From NCBI GenBank assembly GCA_030741355.1, contig JASLVM010000001.1, positions 10,874 to 74,873 of the forward strand: a stretch of 64,000 nt of DNA, given 5' to 3'. The DNA is from Poseidonia sp. (GTDB taxonomy: Archaea > Thermoplasmatota > Poseidoniia > Poseidoniales > Poseidoniaceae). The notes beneath the pieces were generated by a model. It searched no databases and was not told where the DNA came from. It worked only from the letters and a program-made list of their open reading frames with translations. Both the position numbers and the translations under genes were made by a program. Of the stretch, positions 1 through 9,081 are shown piece by piece (within the stretch, counting starts at the first letter, position 1; every line of letters starts with the position of its first letter).

Positions 1-144
1 CGTATGGAACCACCAACGATGACGATGAGCAACGCCAAGACGGCGAGCATCAACGGAAGGGTGGATGGACGGCGCCACCACGGAGGTTCCATGGTTTGGG
101 GTGAGAGCAGACCCCTTTTGAACAAATGCCTCCTCCCCTGTTGC

Positions 145-1044
145 ATGGCTTCCTCACCTTGGCCAGCGTTGGTCCTGGTGCTTTTGGTGTTGAATGCAGG
201 GGTTGTATCGGCCAATCAAACCGAAACCGACGGGAATGAAGGGGCACTGCACGATGTTCGCGTGTTCTCGCAAGAATGCATGCAAAACGACACCTGCGAA
301 GCGACCAAACCAACTCACCTCGTTGAATACTTCAGCGCTGATTGGTGTGAGCCCTGTGTGCAAGTCGGTGAACACTTGAACAACCTCAGCAACGACACCC
401 TCGTGCTTCAACACCACTCTTCACCGCAGGATGCCACCTTTTTGTCCGCCTCCAAACTCAAATACGACCGCGAGTTCAGGCTTCTCTTCTATCCGTCCAT
501 TGTCGTGAACGGTAACCATCTCCTCACGGGCAGCCGTCAGGCATTGGATGTGTCTTCCGTGATGGAGAACAACACGCCAGAGTGGTCCGGGCTTGAGTCC
601 CTCCAAGTTGAAAACAACACCCTGTCATGGGACGCATCGCTCAACGGCAGGGTGTCCGTCTGGATGCTGGCACCAACACCTCATCAAGAATCAGGAAAAA
701 TGCACCCCGCTGTTGCCTACGACCGGGTGAGTGTTGAAGCGGGCGAGGGATCGTTACTTCTGGATGAAGGTCAACTTCGGGACAACACCACCTTTGCGGT
801 GCTCTTGGAACAGGCTGGACGCAGGACCATGTCCATCGCCTCCTTGGCCCCAACGGGGCCCGTTGATGTCAGCGATACTCAAGAGGTCAACACCGCCCCA
901 TTGGCCTCCATCTCTTGGGCAAACGTGGCCTTGGTGGTTGGATTTGTGCTGGTGCTCTCGTTGGCACCCGCCTTCGTGATTCACCACGAACTCACCACCG
1001 GTAGCAAGGAGAGCAAGGCCCAGTACAAAGACGAAGAAGAGTGA
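145..1044 (+). CDS. Exported thioredoxin-fold (CxxC) protein with C-terminal membrane anchor
   Basis: ORF 4..1044. Internal ATG at 145 gives a signal-like MASSPWPALVLVLLVLNAGVVSA. Thioredoxin-type FSADWCEPC motif. C-terminal hydrophobic helix VALVVGFVLVLSLAPAFVI followed by a charged tail. Start uncertain (4 vs 145). Confidence 0.5.
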   Translation: MASSPWPALVLVLLVLNAGVVSANQTETDGNEGALHDVRVFSQECMQNDTCEATKPTHLVEYFSADWCEPCVQVGEHLNNLSNDTLVLQHHSSPQDATFLSASKLKYDREFRLLFYPSIVVNGNHLLTGSRQALDVSSVMENNTPEWSGLESLQVENNTLSWDASLNGRVSVWMLAPTPHQESGKMHPAVAYDRVSVEAGEGSLLLDEGQLRDNTTFAVLLEQAGRRTMSIASLAPTGPVDVSDTQEVNTAPLASISWANVALVVGFVLVLSLAPAFVIHHELTTGSKESKAQYKDEEE

Positions 1045-1104
1045 GGTAGGTTCAAAAAGAGTTGCCATGTCGGCTGTATGCGAATATCTCGCAGTTGATT
1101 GCTC

Positions 1105-1356
1105 ATGGTCAAGCCCGCACGCCAACACACCCGCTTTGAACGCGCTCGAATCATTGGTGCTCGTGCACTCCAAATCGGCATGGGCGCCCCACTTTACGCC
1201 GAAGAGAAAGTCTTGCGAGATGAGTTCAAAGAGGAACTCGTTTCTTTGTATGGACTTGAAGAAGCAAGCATTCGCTTCGTTCTCGACCCGTTGAAGATCG
1301 CACTCTACGAGTACGAGAACCACTTGATTCCTATCGACGTTGACCCTCACGAGTGA
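1105..1356 (+). CDS. rpoK: DNA-directed RNA polymerase subunit K (Rpo6)
   Basis: ORF 1099..1356 opens on TTG; first ATG at 1105. [22 protein letters not shown] matches the conserved Rpo6/RpoK core. Confidence 0.8.
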   Translation: MVKPARQHTRFERARIIGARALQIGMGAPLYAEEKVLRDEFKEELVSLYGLEEASIRFVLDPLKIALYEYENHLIPIDVDPHE

Positions 1357-2450
1357 GACGAGTCAGAGTTGAAGCCGTAGAATTCGGCGTCGTCCAACAG
1401 TGGCAGTGCATCCCGTTTAACCAACAACGTGCGTACCGCCCACAAATCGACAAACACCCGGTATTTCGTGGTGGCGTCCAAGTAGTCAACGCCGCTTGAA
1501 CCGCCGGTGCCCATCCTGCGACCGATCATACGCTCGACCATTCGAGCATGGTGGGTTCTGAAAAGCAGCATGGCCTGTTCCAATTCAACGAAACTGTCGA
1601 TCAATCGACGAGGCCAAGACAGCAGCGGGAGTTCCCGATAGGATTCTATAAACAAGAGCCCTGCTCGACTGCGAACAGGTTCACCGTTGTCGAGCAGAAA
1701 CCGTTCAGCTCCAGCGACACCTGCCTCAATGCGGGGGCGTACGGTGCTTTCCTCGCCGTGCCCTATCGCCACCATGTGCTTGATCACGTGTTCACCGTGT
1801 TCTCGCATGGCGTTGAGGTGGCTATCAACATAGGAGCGAACCACAGCCGGGTCCTCGTCTCCCCCGGGGGAGGAGCCGTGAATGGGCGTTCTTGCCAGCC
1901 ATGCATTGAGAACGTCGTTCAAGGATGGCTCTGAAGCGGTGGATTCGAAATCGGCCAGAGCCTGCGCAGGCACCTTCCCCTGTTCTGCGAGATGCTTCAT
2001 GTGGTGGAGAGGGTCCATTCCACCAATTCGCTGTTCGTTCTCTAATCCGAGCAGCACCTCAAGTTCACGCATCTGCCACGATTCAAAACCAGAGGAGGTG
2101 CCAAGTCGGTCCCTGAACGCAAGGAAATCCTGCGGCGAGAGCGTCTCCATCACCTTCCATTGGTCTGCGAGCAGGCGGAAGATTTCACTTACACGCTCCA
2201 AGTGGTGAACGACTTGAGGGATGGTCGCTTCTTCAATTCGCTCTTGATTCATCAGTTGGCGAGCCTCTTTGAGTTCACGAAGAATCAATTTGAACCACAA
2301 TTCAAAGGTCTGGTGCACGATGATGAAATGCAACTCATCGTTTGACGGCGGCGGCGAATACCCCTCCGGCCCATCCTGTAAAGTCAACAATTCCTCAAGT
2401 TGAAGATAACCTCCGTAGGTGATTCGCGAGGCAGGGGCATCGGTTGCCAT
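1347..2450 (-). CDS. kynA: Tryptophan 2,3-dioxygenase
   Basis: [16 protein letters not shown] and [22 protein letters not shown] are typical TDO N-terminal helices. 367 aa, ATG at 2448-2450. 3' end overlaps the rpoK 3' end by 10 nt (convergent). Confidence 0.85.
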   Translation of the reverse strand: MATDAPASRITYGGYLQLEELLTLQDGPEGYSPPPSNDELHFIIVHQTFELWFKLILRELKEARQLMNQERIEEATIPQVVHHLERVSEIFRLLADQWKVMETLSPQDFLAFRDRLGTSSGFESWQMRELEVLLGLENEQRIGGMDPLHHMKHLAEQGKVPAQALADFESTASEPSLNDVLNAWLARTPIHGSSPGGDEDPAVVRSYVDSHLNAMREHGEHVIKHMVAIGHGEESTVRPRIEAGVAGAERFLLDNGEPVRSRAGLLFIESYRELPLLSWPRRLIDSFVELEQAMLLFRTHHARMVERMIGRRMGTGGSSGVDYLDATTKYRVFVDLWAVRTLLVKRDALPLLDDAEFYGFNSDSSHS

Positions 2451-2572
2451 ACCCTGACCAAGCGCAACAACTCCATGAAACCTTCACTTCAAAGTTGAAG
2501 ACCACCTCCGTTTCAAAACCATTCGGTATCGAAACAAGGTCGGCTGGAGAGGGTTTCTACATTCTACTCTGA

Positions 2573-2585
2573 CATAATACTCATA
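2573..2585 (+). promoter_or_regulatory. TATA-like element upstream of purP
   Basis: cataatactcata lies about 25-35 nt upstream of the purP ATG (2609). The spacing fits an archaeal TATA box with a leaderless or short-leader mRNA. No experimental support. Confidence 0.25.
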
Positions 2586-2608
2586 GAGCGATTACGAAAC
2601 CCCTCCAT

Positions 2609-3721
2609 ATGGGCGTACCACTCTCCACGGTCCAGGAATGGCTTCAAGGCTACGACAAAGAGGCCATTACCGTAGGGGTTGTGGCCTCACACTCCTCGCT
2701 TCAAATCCTTCACGGTGCCCGCCAGGAAGGTTTCCGAACGCTGGGGATTGCCGTTGGGGAAAACCGCCGACGGTTCTACAAGGCCTTCCCCGGCGCCGAT
2801 CCTGACGAGTGGTTGATGTTGGAAGACTACCGTGAGATGCTGGATTATGCCGAATGGTTCCGTGAAAAGAACGTCATCATCGTGCCTCACGGCTCATTGG
2901 TTGAGTATCTGGGGGCCAACAATTTCAGGAACCTCCAGGTCCCGACGTTTGGAAACAGAAACATCCTCCACTGGGAAAGCAGTCGTGCCTTGCAACGCCA
3001 ATGGCTTGAAGACGGCGGCTGCACCATGCCCAAAGTGGTTGAAGACCCGCACAACATCGACGGCCCCGTGATTGTAAAATACGCTGGAGCCAAGGGCGGC
3101 CGTGGCTACTTCATCGCAAGAGACTACCGTGATTTCCGACGCAACGTGGACATTGAGGAAGAGTTCACCATCCAAGAATACGTTCTTGGGTGCCGCTACT
3201 ACCTCCACTTTTTCTTCGACCCCACCGCCGAAGACGGCTTCCAAGTCCAAGGACGAGGCCCTCATGCAGGGAAGAATCTGGGCCGTTTGGAACTCCTCTC
3301 CATGGACCGCCGAGACGAGAGCAACGTGGACGAGTTCTACAAACTCGGCTCGCTCCGGGACCTTCGTGAAATGTCGCTTGAGCCCTCCTTTGTCGTAACC
3401 GGCAATCAACCTGTGGTGATTCGAGAATCTCTGCTGCCTCGTGCGTTTGAGATGGCCGAAGGAACCGTGGCCGCCTCCTACAGCCTCGAGGAAGGTTCTC
3501 GTGGGATGCTTGGACCGTTTTGTTTGGAAACCATCGTCACGGACAAGTTGGAATTCAAGGTGTTTGAAATCAGCGCCCGAATCGTGGCGGGCTCAAACCC
3601 GTTTATCGGAGGTTCACCCTACTCGGACATCAACGAACCGTTCATGTCAACCGGTCGAAGAATCGCTCGTTCCATCCGTAAGGCGTTGGAATCGGGTCGC
3701 CTTGATGAGATCATTTCGTGA
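2609..3721 (+). CDS. purP: 5-formaminoimidazole-4-carboxamide ribonucleotide (FAICAR) synthetase, archaeal PurP
   Basis: ITVGVVASHSSLQILHGARQEGFRTLGIAV is the PurP N-terminal signature. ATP-grasp-like body, 370 aa. Confidence 0.85.
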   Translation: MGVPLSTVQEWLQGYDKEAITVGVVASHSSLQILHGARQEGFRTLGIAVGENRRRFYKAFPGADPDEWLMLEDYREMLDYAEWFREKNVIIVPHGSLVEYLGANNFRNLQVPTFGNRNILHWESSRALQRQWLEDGGCTMPKVVEDPHNIDGPVIVKYAGAKGGRGYFIARDYRDFRRNVDIEEEFTIQEYVLGCRYYLHFFFDPTAEDGFQVQGRGPHAGKNLGRLELLSMDRRDESNVDEFYKLGSLRDLREMSLEPSFVVTGNQPVVIRESLLPRAFEMAEGTVAASYSLEEGSRGMLGPFCLETIVTDKLEFKVFEISARIVAGSNPFIGGSPYSDINEPFMSTGRRIARSIRKALESGRLDEIIS

Positions 3722-3723
3722 AC

Positions 3724-5535
3724 TCAATCCTCGCTGAGGGCATCAAGGTCAGGTGCGCTTGGTAGCACATCAGCGTCCTCTTGGCCTTGACGGTGGTCAT
3801 CCATGTCCATTTCTGGAACCGTCTCTTGAGGAGCCTCAACCTTTTCCTCTGCAGCAGGGTCCTCCAGAGCCATGGAGGCGGCTTGAATCTCTGCCTCAAG
3901 TTCACGCTTGCGGGTCTCTCGCTCTTCAGGAGAAGGGAGTTTGAATTCGGCAACCAGCATGATTGGATCACCGCTGGAGAGTTCACCGTTGTATTCCAAG
4001 GGTTCACCTCCGGGAGTGACGATGACCTGGAATTTCGTTGGGTCCTTGCTCTTTCGCTTCTGGTGCTTTTTGTAGTGATGAACGTACACTTGGTAGTTGC
4101 CAGCAGGGGCTTTGCCTTCTTCCCAAAACACGTTTTCAACCGGCTTCCGGGTCTCAGCACGAACGTTAGCGTCAACATCGAGTTCACCTCCACAAGCGGA
4201 TTTCTTGTTTCCGCCGTGGATACGCTCTCCTGATGGGCAAACAACGTGCAAGTCCAAATCGTTGTAATTGTTCCACATCAAGGAGATCTGAACATCGGAT
4301 GATTGTGCACCTTCACGCTCCAAACGAGCTTGAAGTTCAGACATGGCTCGCTGGGCGGCTTCTTTGGATTCAAGGACCTCTTCTTCTCGTGCGGCCTCAA
4401 TCTCAGCAAGACGTTCTGCTTCAGCGGCTTCCATTTCCGCTTGGCGGTTTTCCTCCACTTCAGAGATGGCTGCGGCGGCTTCGGGAACATCCATGCCGGC
4501 GGCACGGAGTTCTTCTTCCAGTGCTCTTCGGCGAGCGGCTCGCTCCTCAGGTGAGGGCAGGTTGAATTCAGCGACCAGCATGATGGGGTCTCCCATCGAA
4601 AGTTCGCCGTTGTATTCTCTCGGGTCGCCACCTTCGTTGATGATGACTTGGAATTTCGTAGGGTCCTTGCTACGTCGCTTCTTGTGCTTCTTGTAGTAGT
4701 GAACATACACTTGGTAGCGTCCAGCCGGTGCCTTTCCTTCTTCCCAGAACACGTTTTCAACGGGCTTCCTGGTCTCTGCTCGGACGTTGGCGTCGACGTC
4801 AAGTTCGCCACCGCACCCGGAGATTTTGTTTCCACCGTGGATGCGTTCCCCTGAAGGACAGACGACGTGCAAGTCCAAATCGTTGTAATTGTTCCACATC
4901 AAGGAAATCTGAACATCGGATGATTGTGCACCTTCACGCTCCAAACGAGCTTGAAGTTCAGACATGGCTCGCTGGGCTGCTTCCCTGGACGCCAACATCT
5001 CTTGTTGTCGGGCGGTTTCAATTTCGGCGAGACGCTGTTCTTCTGCTCCGGCAAGGTCGGATTGGCGAGCTGCTTCCTCTTCTGCGGCAAGGCGGGCTTC
5101 TTCCTGGTCTCGCTCTGCCGCTCTTCGAGCCGCTTCTTCTTCCTCCCGACGACGGGCTTCTTCGATTTCGGATTGGCGCTGGGCCTCCATCTCTTGACGT
5201 TGACGACGGGCTTCTTCCTCGGCGCTTGCTTGCTCTTGCCGACGGCGATTGAAGCGTTCCTCTGCCAGTTGGCGGTCGCCTTGGTTTTGCTGTCGAAGGA
5301 GGTCTTGAATCGTGGCCAATTTCCGGTCAAGGTTCTTTTTGGCTTTTCCAAATCCCATGCCGGATTGTTGCTGCAGCAGGCCTTCTGCACTCATTCCGCT
5401 CTGAAGGTTGACCTGAGCTTCCCTACGCATGACGATGAACATCAAGCCAAGGAGGAAAGCACCGCTTAACGCAACGGTGAGGACGTAGTCGGCCAATTCC
5501 ATGTTAACCCCATGACAAACTACCTCTTGAAACAT
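3724..5535 (-). CDS. Membrane-tethered protein: N-terminal TM helix, long E/R/A-rich helical region, two tandem ~165-aa beta-sandwich-like repeats (DUF2135/YfaP-like by recollection), acidic tail
   Basis: 603-aa ORF. TM LADYVLTVALSGAFLLGLMFIVM followed by RRE. EEARRQRQEMEAQRQSEIEEARRREEEEAARRAAE charged helix. DVQISLMWNNYNDLDLHVVCPSGERIHGGNK..CGGELDVD...YQVYVH.YKKH occurs twice. Alternative start ATG at 5502. Confidence 0.6.
   Translation of the reverse strand: MFQEVVCHGVNMELADYVLTVALSGAFLLGLMFIVMRREAQVNLQSGMSAEGLLQQQSGMGFGKAKKNLDRKLATIQDLLRQQNQGDRQLAEERFNRRRQEQASAEEEARRQRQEMEAQRQSEIEEARRREEEEAARRAAERDQEEARLAAEEEAARQSDLAGAEEQRLAEIETARQQEMLASREAAQRAMSELQARLEREGAQSSDVQISLMWNNYNDLDLHVVCPSGERIHGGNKISGCGGELDVDANVRAETRKPVENVFWEEGKAPAGRYQVYVHYYKKHKKRRSKDPTKFQVIINEGGDPREYNGELSMGDPIMLVAEFNLPSPEERAARRRALEEELRAAGMDVPEAAAAISEVEENRQAEMEAAEAERLAEIEAAREEEVLESKEAAQRAMSELQARLEREGAQSSDVQISLMWNNYNDLDLHVVCPSGERIHGGNKKSACGGELDVDANVRAETRKPVENVFWEEGKAPAGNYQVYVHHYKKHQKRKSKDPTKFQVIVTPGGEPLEYNGELSSGDPIMLVAEFKLPSPEERETRKRELEAEIQAASMALEDPAAEEKVEAPQETVPEMDMDDHRQGQEDADVLPSAPDLDALSED
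3919..4413 (-). repeat. Intragenic duplication, copy B (C-terminal unit, 165 codons)
   Basis: Encodes RLAEIEAAREEEVLESKEAAQRAMSELQARLEREGAQSSDVQISLMW...LVAEFKLPSPEER. Offset exactly 621 nt from copy A. Confidence 0.9.
4540..5034 (-). repeat. Intragenic duplication, copy A (N-terminal unit, 165 codons)
   Basis: Encodes RLAEIETARQQEMLASREAAQRAMSELQARLEREGAQSSDVQISLMW...LVAEFNLPSPEER. Contains a 113-nt block (4865..4977) identical to 4244..4356 except one synonymous base. Confidence 0.9.
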
Positions 5536-5602
5536 ACGCTGAGACTTGTTGACCCGTTCATCATCACCAAAGACATAACAAGGTAGAGGTCAAGGACCAA
5601 TC

Positions 5603-6229
5603 ATGAGAGAAGTCACGGTGTCTTGGGACAGGGATGCCCTGGCGAACACCGACCTTGGCCTTCTTGACGATGTTGTCCAGCGCCTGTCGTTCATTGGCAA
5701 CCTTCTCATCACACCCGAGGGGATCCGACAAATCATCCTCCCCGTCTACAGAGAAGGGAAATCACTGGAGGATCTTGAAGCGATTCCCTACCTTACGGTC
5801 GAACAGGAGGTCAACGAACGTGAAGGAGGAGCCCTCGTCGTTTGGAACAGCCATGCGTTGGTGTGCTTAGCCTCAACCACCGAGAACATCTACATCATGC
5901 TGGAGTACGAAGACGGCACGCTCACCCTCACGTTCAGAGGCCTAGCAAAGGCCATTTCTTCTTTTGTCAAATTGAGCAAAGTCGTCTTGCCTCCGGCTGA
6001 AATCAGAGTGAGGGATATCCTGGAAGAAGGGAACTCCCTGGCCGATGTGTTGACTCAACGGCAACATGAATGCTACGGGTTGGCCATCGAGCACGGGTAC
6101 TACAACGAACCAAAATCCATCACCATTCAGGCTCTGGCTGATGTCTTGGGCATCGCACGGTCAACCTATCAAGAACACCTTCAAACCGCTGAAATCGAGG
6201 TTTTGAAGTGGGCTGGACAACAAATCTAG
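5603..6229 (+). CDS. Archaeal HTH_10 (bacterio-opsin-activator-type) transcriptional regulator
   Basis: C-terminal LTQRQHECYGLAIEHGYYNEPKSITIQALADVLGIARSTYQEHLQTAEIEVLKW matches the Bat-type HTH_10 domain. N-terminal domain unassigned. Confidence 0.65.
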   Translation: MREVTVSWDRDALANTDLGLLDDVVQRLSFIGNLLITPEGIRQIILPVYREGKSLEDLEAIPYLTVEQEVNEREGGALVVWNSHALVCLASTTENIYIMLEYEDGTLTLTFRGLAKAISSFVKLSKVVLPPAEIRVRDILEEGNSLADVLTQRQHECYGLAIEHGYYNEPKSITIQALADVLGIARSTYQEHLQTAEIEVLKWAGQQI

Positions 6230-6281
6230 TCGTGTCCCGAGCCATACAAACCTTTGATGAAGGCGGCAACCTCGGAGGAGC

Positions 6282-7079
6282 ATGAACAAAGACCAACGTT
6301 TGGCAACGTTGCTGCCAAACGGGCGTGGTGTCTGGATTCCCATTGACCATGGGGCATCAGACTACCCCAACCCCGGCTTGGAAGATTTAGAGGGGTTGAT
6401 TCAATCCCTCATCAACGCTGGCGTCAACGCCATCGTTGCACAAAAAGGAGTCGTGAGCAAGTACGCACACCTGTGCCATGGCACCTCAACCGGAATGGTG
6501 GTGCATTATTCCGTCTCGACACGCCACGCAGGTCCTCAATCCAACAACAAGGTACTGGTTGGCCATGCCGACGAAACGTTGCCAAGAGGAGGCATTGGGG
6601 TTTCCAGCCAAGTCAACATGGGAAGCGAGTATGAACCCGAAATGATACAACGCATGGGCGAATTGAACCGCCAAGCCATGCACTCGGACCTCCCTGCCTT
6701 CGGGATGGTCTACGCACGAGGCCCCCATCTCAACCACATGGCTGATGATGACACCACCTCACAAGCTCATGCGGTTCGATTGGCTTTTGAGTTGGGTTGC
6801 GATGCCGCAAAGTGTGTGTGGACGGGCGATTCTGCGTCTTTTGGAAAGGTGGCGAAGAGTGCACCGATTCCGTTGCTGATGGCAGGCGGCCCCTCCACCG
6901 GAGATTCTCTCGCCATACTGACGATGGTTGAAAGCGCCCTCAGGGCCGGTGCAAGCGGAGTTTGCATGGGTCGTCAGGTTTTTGCTCACCCAAATCCGGA
7001 AGCGATGGCCAAAGCCCTCGTCATGATGGTCCATGACGGGGCCTCGGTGGAAGCGGCCATGGAAACATGCGGCTTGTGA
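6282..7079 (+). CDS. aroA': 2-amino-3,7-dideoxy-D-threo-hept-6-ulosonate (ADH) synthase, DhnA-type class I aldolase family
   Basis: DhnA-family N-terminus (GRGVWIPIDHGASDYPNPGLED), 265 aa. Lies immediately upstream of a DHQ synthase II gene. Confidence 0.7.
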   Translation: MNKDQRLATLLPNGRGVWIPIDHGASDYPNPGLEDLEGLIQSLINAGVNAIVAQKGVVSKYAHLCHGTSTGMVVHYSVSTRHAGPQSNNKVLVGHADETLPRGGIGVSSQVNMGSEYEPEMIQRMGELNRQAMHSDLPAFGMVYARGPHLNHMADDDTTSQAHAVRLAFELGCDAAKCVWTGDSASFGKVAKSAPIPLLMAGGPSTGDSLAILTMVESALRAGASGVCMGRQVFAHPNPEAMAKALVMMVHDGASVEAAMETCGL

Positions 7080-7088
7080 GTTGATGAC

Positions 7089-8141
7089 ATGGAAATATGG
7101 CTCCAAGTGGATGGCTCCGAATCCATCTCAATGACCGATGGCGTTGATCGGTTTATTGGCAGAGAGAACCGCCCTGACCGCCTTCATGTCGATGGCGCCC
7201 GATTGATGATGGGAGACGAGGTCGTCGGCGCTTATGTTCACATCGAGGACGGCACCACGCAACAAGCCGGCATGGCTCACATCGGGACCGTTGACTGGAT
7301 TTTGGTCCAATGTGAAACTTGGTCGATGATTCCGTTGGAGAACCTCGTCGCTCATCAAACTGGAAGCCATACAAAGATTGCAGCCATGATTTCATCCCCC
7401 ATGCAAGCGCAAGGCGCAGGATTTGCCCTTCAGAAGGGCGTTGATGCCCTCGTCATTCCTCCTGACCGAGAGGTGCTTGAAGCAGCCCTCAGCGTCAAGG
7501 CACAACGCCTCGAAAAGGCGTCGACGACCAACGAGATTCAGGAAATCAATACCGACCGCCTCACGCTCGTGCCCTTTGTCATCGAATCGGTTGAAGAAGC
7601 GGGCCTAGGTGACCGTTTCTGTCTTGATTTCCTCTCTCAATTCAATGAGCAAGAAGGCCTGCTGGTGGGCTCCAGTGCTCAAGCCCTGTTTTTGGTGCAT
7701 AGCGAAACCATTCCCTCAACCTTCGTCCCCACTCGACCGTTTCGTGTCAACGCTGGAGCACCTCACTCCTACGTGATGATGGCGGACGGTTCAACCAAGT
7801 ACATGTCCGAACTTGGAGCAGGCGATGAGCTTCTGGCCGTGAATGCAGCAGGAGATACCCGCCCCGTTGTTCTTGGTCGCCTCAAGATAGAACAGCGCCC
7901 GATGCTCAAGATTTCGGGTGAAAGCACCGAAAAAACCCCGCAAAAACCCAGAAAAACCCTGCAAAACGCTAATACATCTCATGTGTTCATGCAACAAGCA
8001 GAAACCGTTCGCCTTGTTTCCGATGAGCCAAACGCCGTATCCGTGACCGAACTGACCCCCAAAAATACCGTTCTGGGATGGATTGGTCATGCTGCACGGC
8101 ATGTTGGTTTGCCGGTGGAGGGGGAGATCGTAGAAAGGTGA
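7089..8141 (+). CDS. aroB': 3-dehydroquinate synthase II (archaeal type)
   Basis: 350 aa. Size and position (between ADH synthase and shikimate kinase) fit archaeal DHQS-II. The family call rests mostly on context and general resemblance. Confidence 0.65.
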   Translation: MEIWLQVDGSESISMTDGVDRFIGRENRPDRLHVDGARLMMGDEVVGAYVHIEDGTTQQAGMAHIGTVDWILVQCETWSMIPLENLVAHQTGSHTKIAAMISSPMQAQGAGFALQKGVDALVIPPDREVLEAALSVKAQRLEKASTTNEIQEINTDRLTLVPFVIESVEEAGLGDRFCLDFLSQFNEQEGLLVGSSAQALFLVHSETIPSTFVPTRPFRVNAGAPHSYVMMADGSTKYMSELGAGDELLAVNAAGDTRPVVLGRLKIEQRPMLKISGESTEKTPQKPRKTLQNANTSHVFMQQAETVRLVSDEPNAVSVTELTPKNTVLGWIGHAARHVGLPVEGEIVER

Positions 8142-8145
8142 ACCC

Positions 8146-9039
8146 ATGGCAGTCCTCGGAAAAGGCAACGCGCACGGCGCATGCAGCCTTCTCCATGCCG
8201 CCCCGCTGGGCTATGGAGCAAACATTGCGCTTGACTTGCCAATCACGGTTCGCCTTCTTGACAGGCCCAGCAAACGAGAGGTCAAGGACGAAGACGGTGT
8301 TCTCAACGCCCTGCTCAACGCATGGATAGAAGCCAAACACCCCCTTCCCGAAGGTTTCGAACGCGAAGAACTCCACTGGGGTGTCAACTCAAAAATCCCC
8401 AAAAAACAAGGCCTGAAATCATCGGCCGCCACCTGTATTGCTGCTCTTCGAGCGCTCTGCAAAGCCACCGATACTCACCTTGAGCCCCACGAGATGGTGA
8501 CGCTTGCCGCTCAGGCACAAACCTCGTCAAAGGTATCGCTCACCGGCTCCATCGATGATGCGTGGGCCTGCATGTCTCCAGGATGGAAACTCATCGATAT
8601 CCAAGCGCCGATCGCCGAAGGCGTATTGATGGACGAACCCGGTCTCTCAGCGGATGATTGGGCGGTCCTGTTGGTTCTCCGTGGTCCACGAACCTACCAG
8701 CCCACCATGGAGGACTTTGCATCGCAAACCACAGCCTTCCAACAGGCTTTGACCGCCCTCCAGGATGGAAACCCTCTGGTGGCCATGACCTGGAATGGCA
8801 GGGGCGCTGTCGCTGCACTACGTGATGTGGAGGGGAGAAAAATGGCCAATGACTCGTTCATGAACAGCGCTCGAGCCGCCGGCATTTCAGGTTCTGGAAC
8901 GGCGCTCGTCATTGTCGTGCCTGCGCAACAGACTCCCACCATAAAACGAATCAAATCGTGGTACAGCACCCGATATCCCAAGGCTGAAATCATTGAAACA
9001 TCGTTCCTCTCCGATGAAATCGAAGATGAACTCGAGTGA
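8146..9039 (+). CDS. aroK: Shikimate kinase, archaeal GHMP-kinase type
   Basis: GHMP motif IPKKQGLKSSAATCIAAL. N-terminal GKGNAHGACSLLHAAPLGYGANIALDLP. 297 aa. Starts 4 nt after the aroB' stop. Confidence 0.75.
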   Translation: MAVLGKGNAHGACSLLHAAPLGYGANIALDLPITVRLLDRPSKREVKDEDGVLNALLNAWIEAKHPLPEGFEREELHWGVNSKIPKKQGLKSSAATCIAALRALCKATDTHLEPHEMVTLAAQAQTSSKVSLTGSIDDAWACMSPGWKLIDIQAPIAEGVLMDEPGLSADDWAVLLVLRGPRTYQPTMEDFASQTTAFQQALTALQDGNPLVAMTWNGRGAVAALRDVEGRKMANDSFMNSARAAGISGSGTALVIVVPAQQTPTIKRIKSWYSTRYPKAEIIETSFLSDEIEDELE

Positions 9040-9081
9040 ACACCTTCTAAAAGGGCCAGCAATTCGTTCTTGTGTAGAACC

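Noticed and set aside
2487-2500. Palindrome CTTCAA-ag-TTGAAG in the kynA/purP divergent spacer.
   Set aside because: The arms are only 6 bp in a 158-nt spacer, which is expected by chance at appreciable frequency. I cannot assess conservation here.
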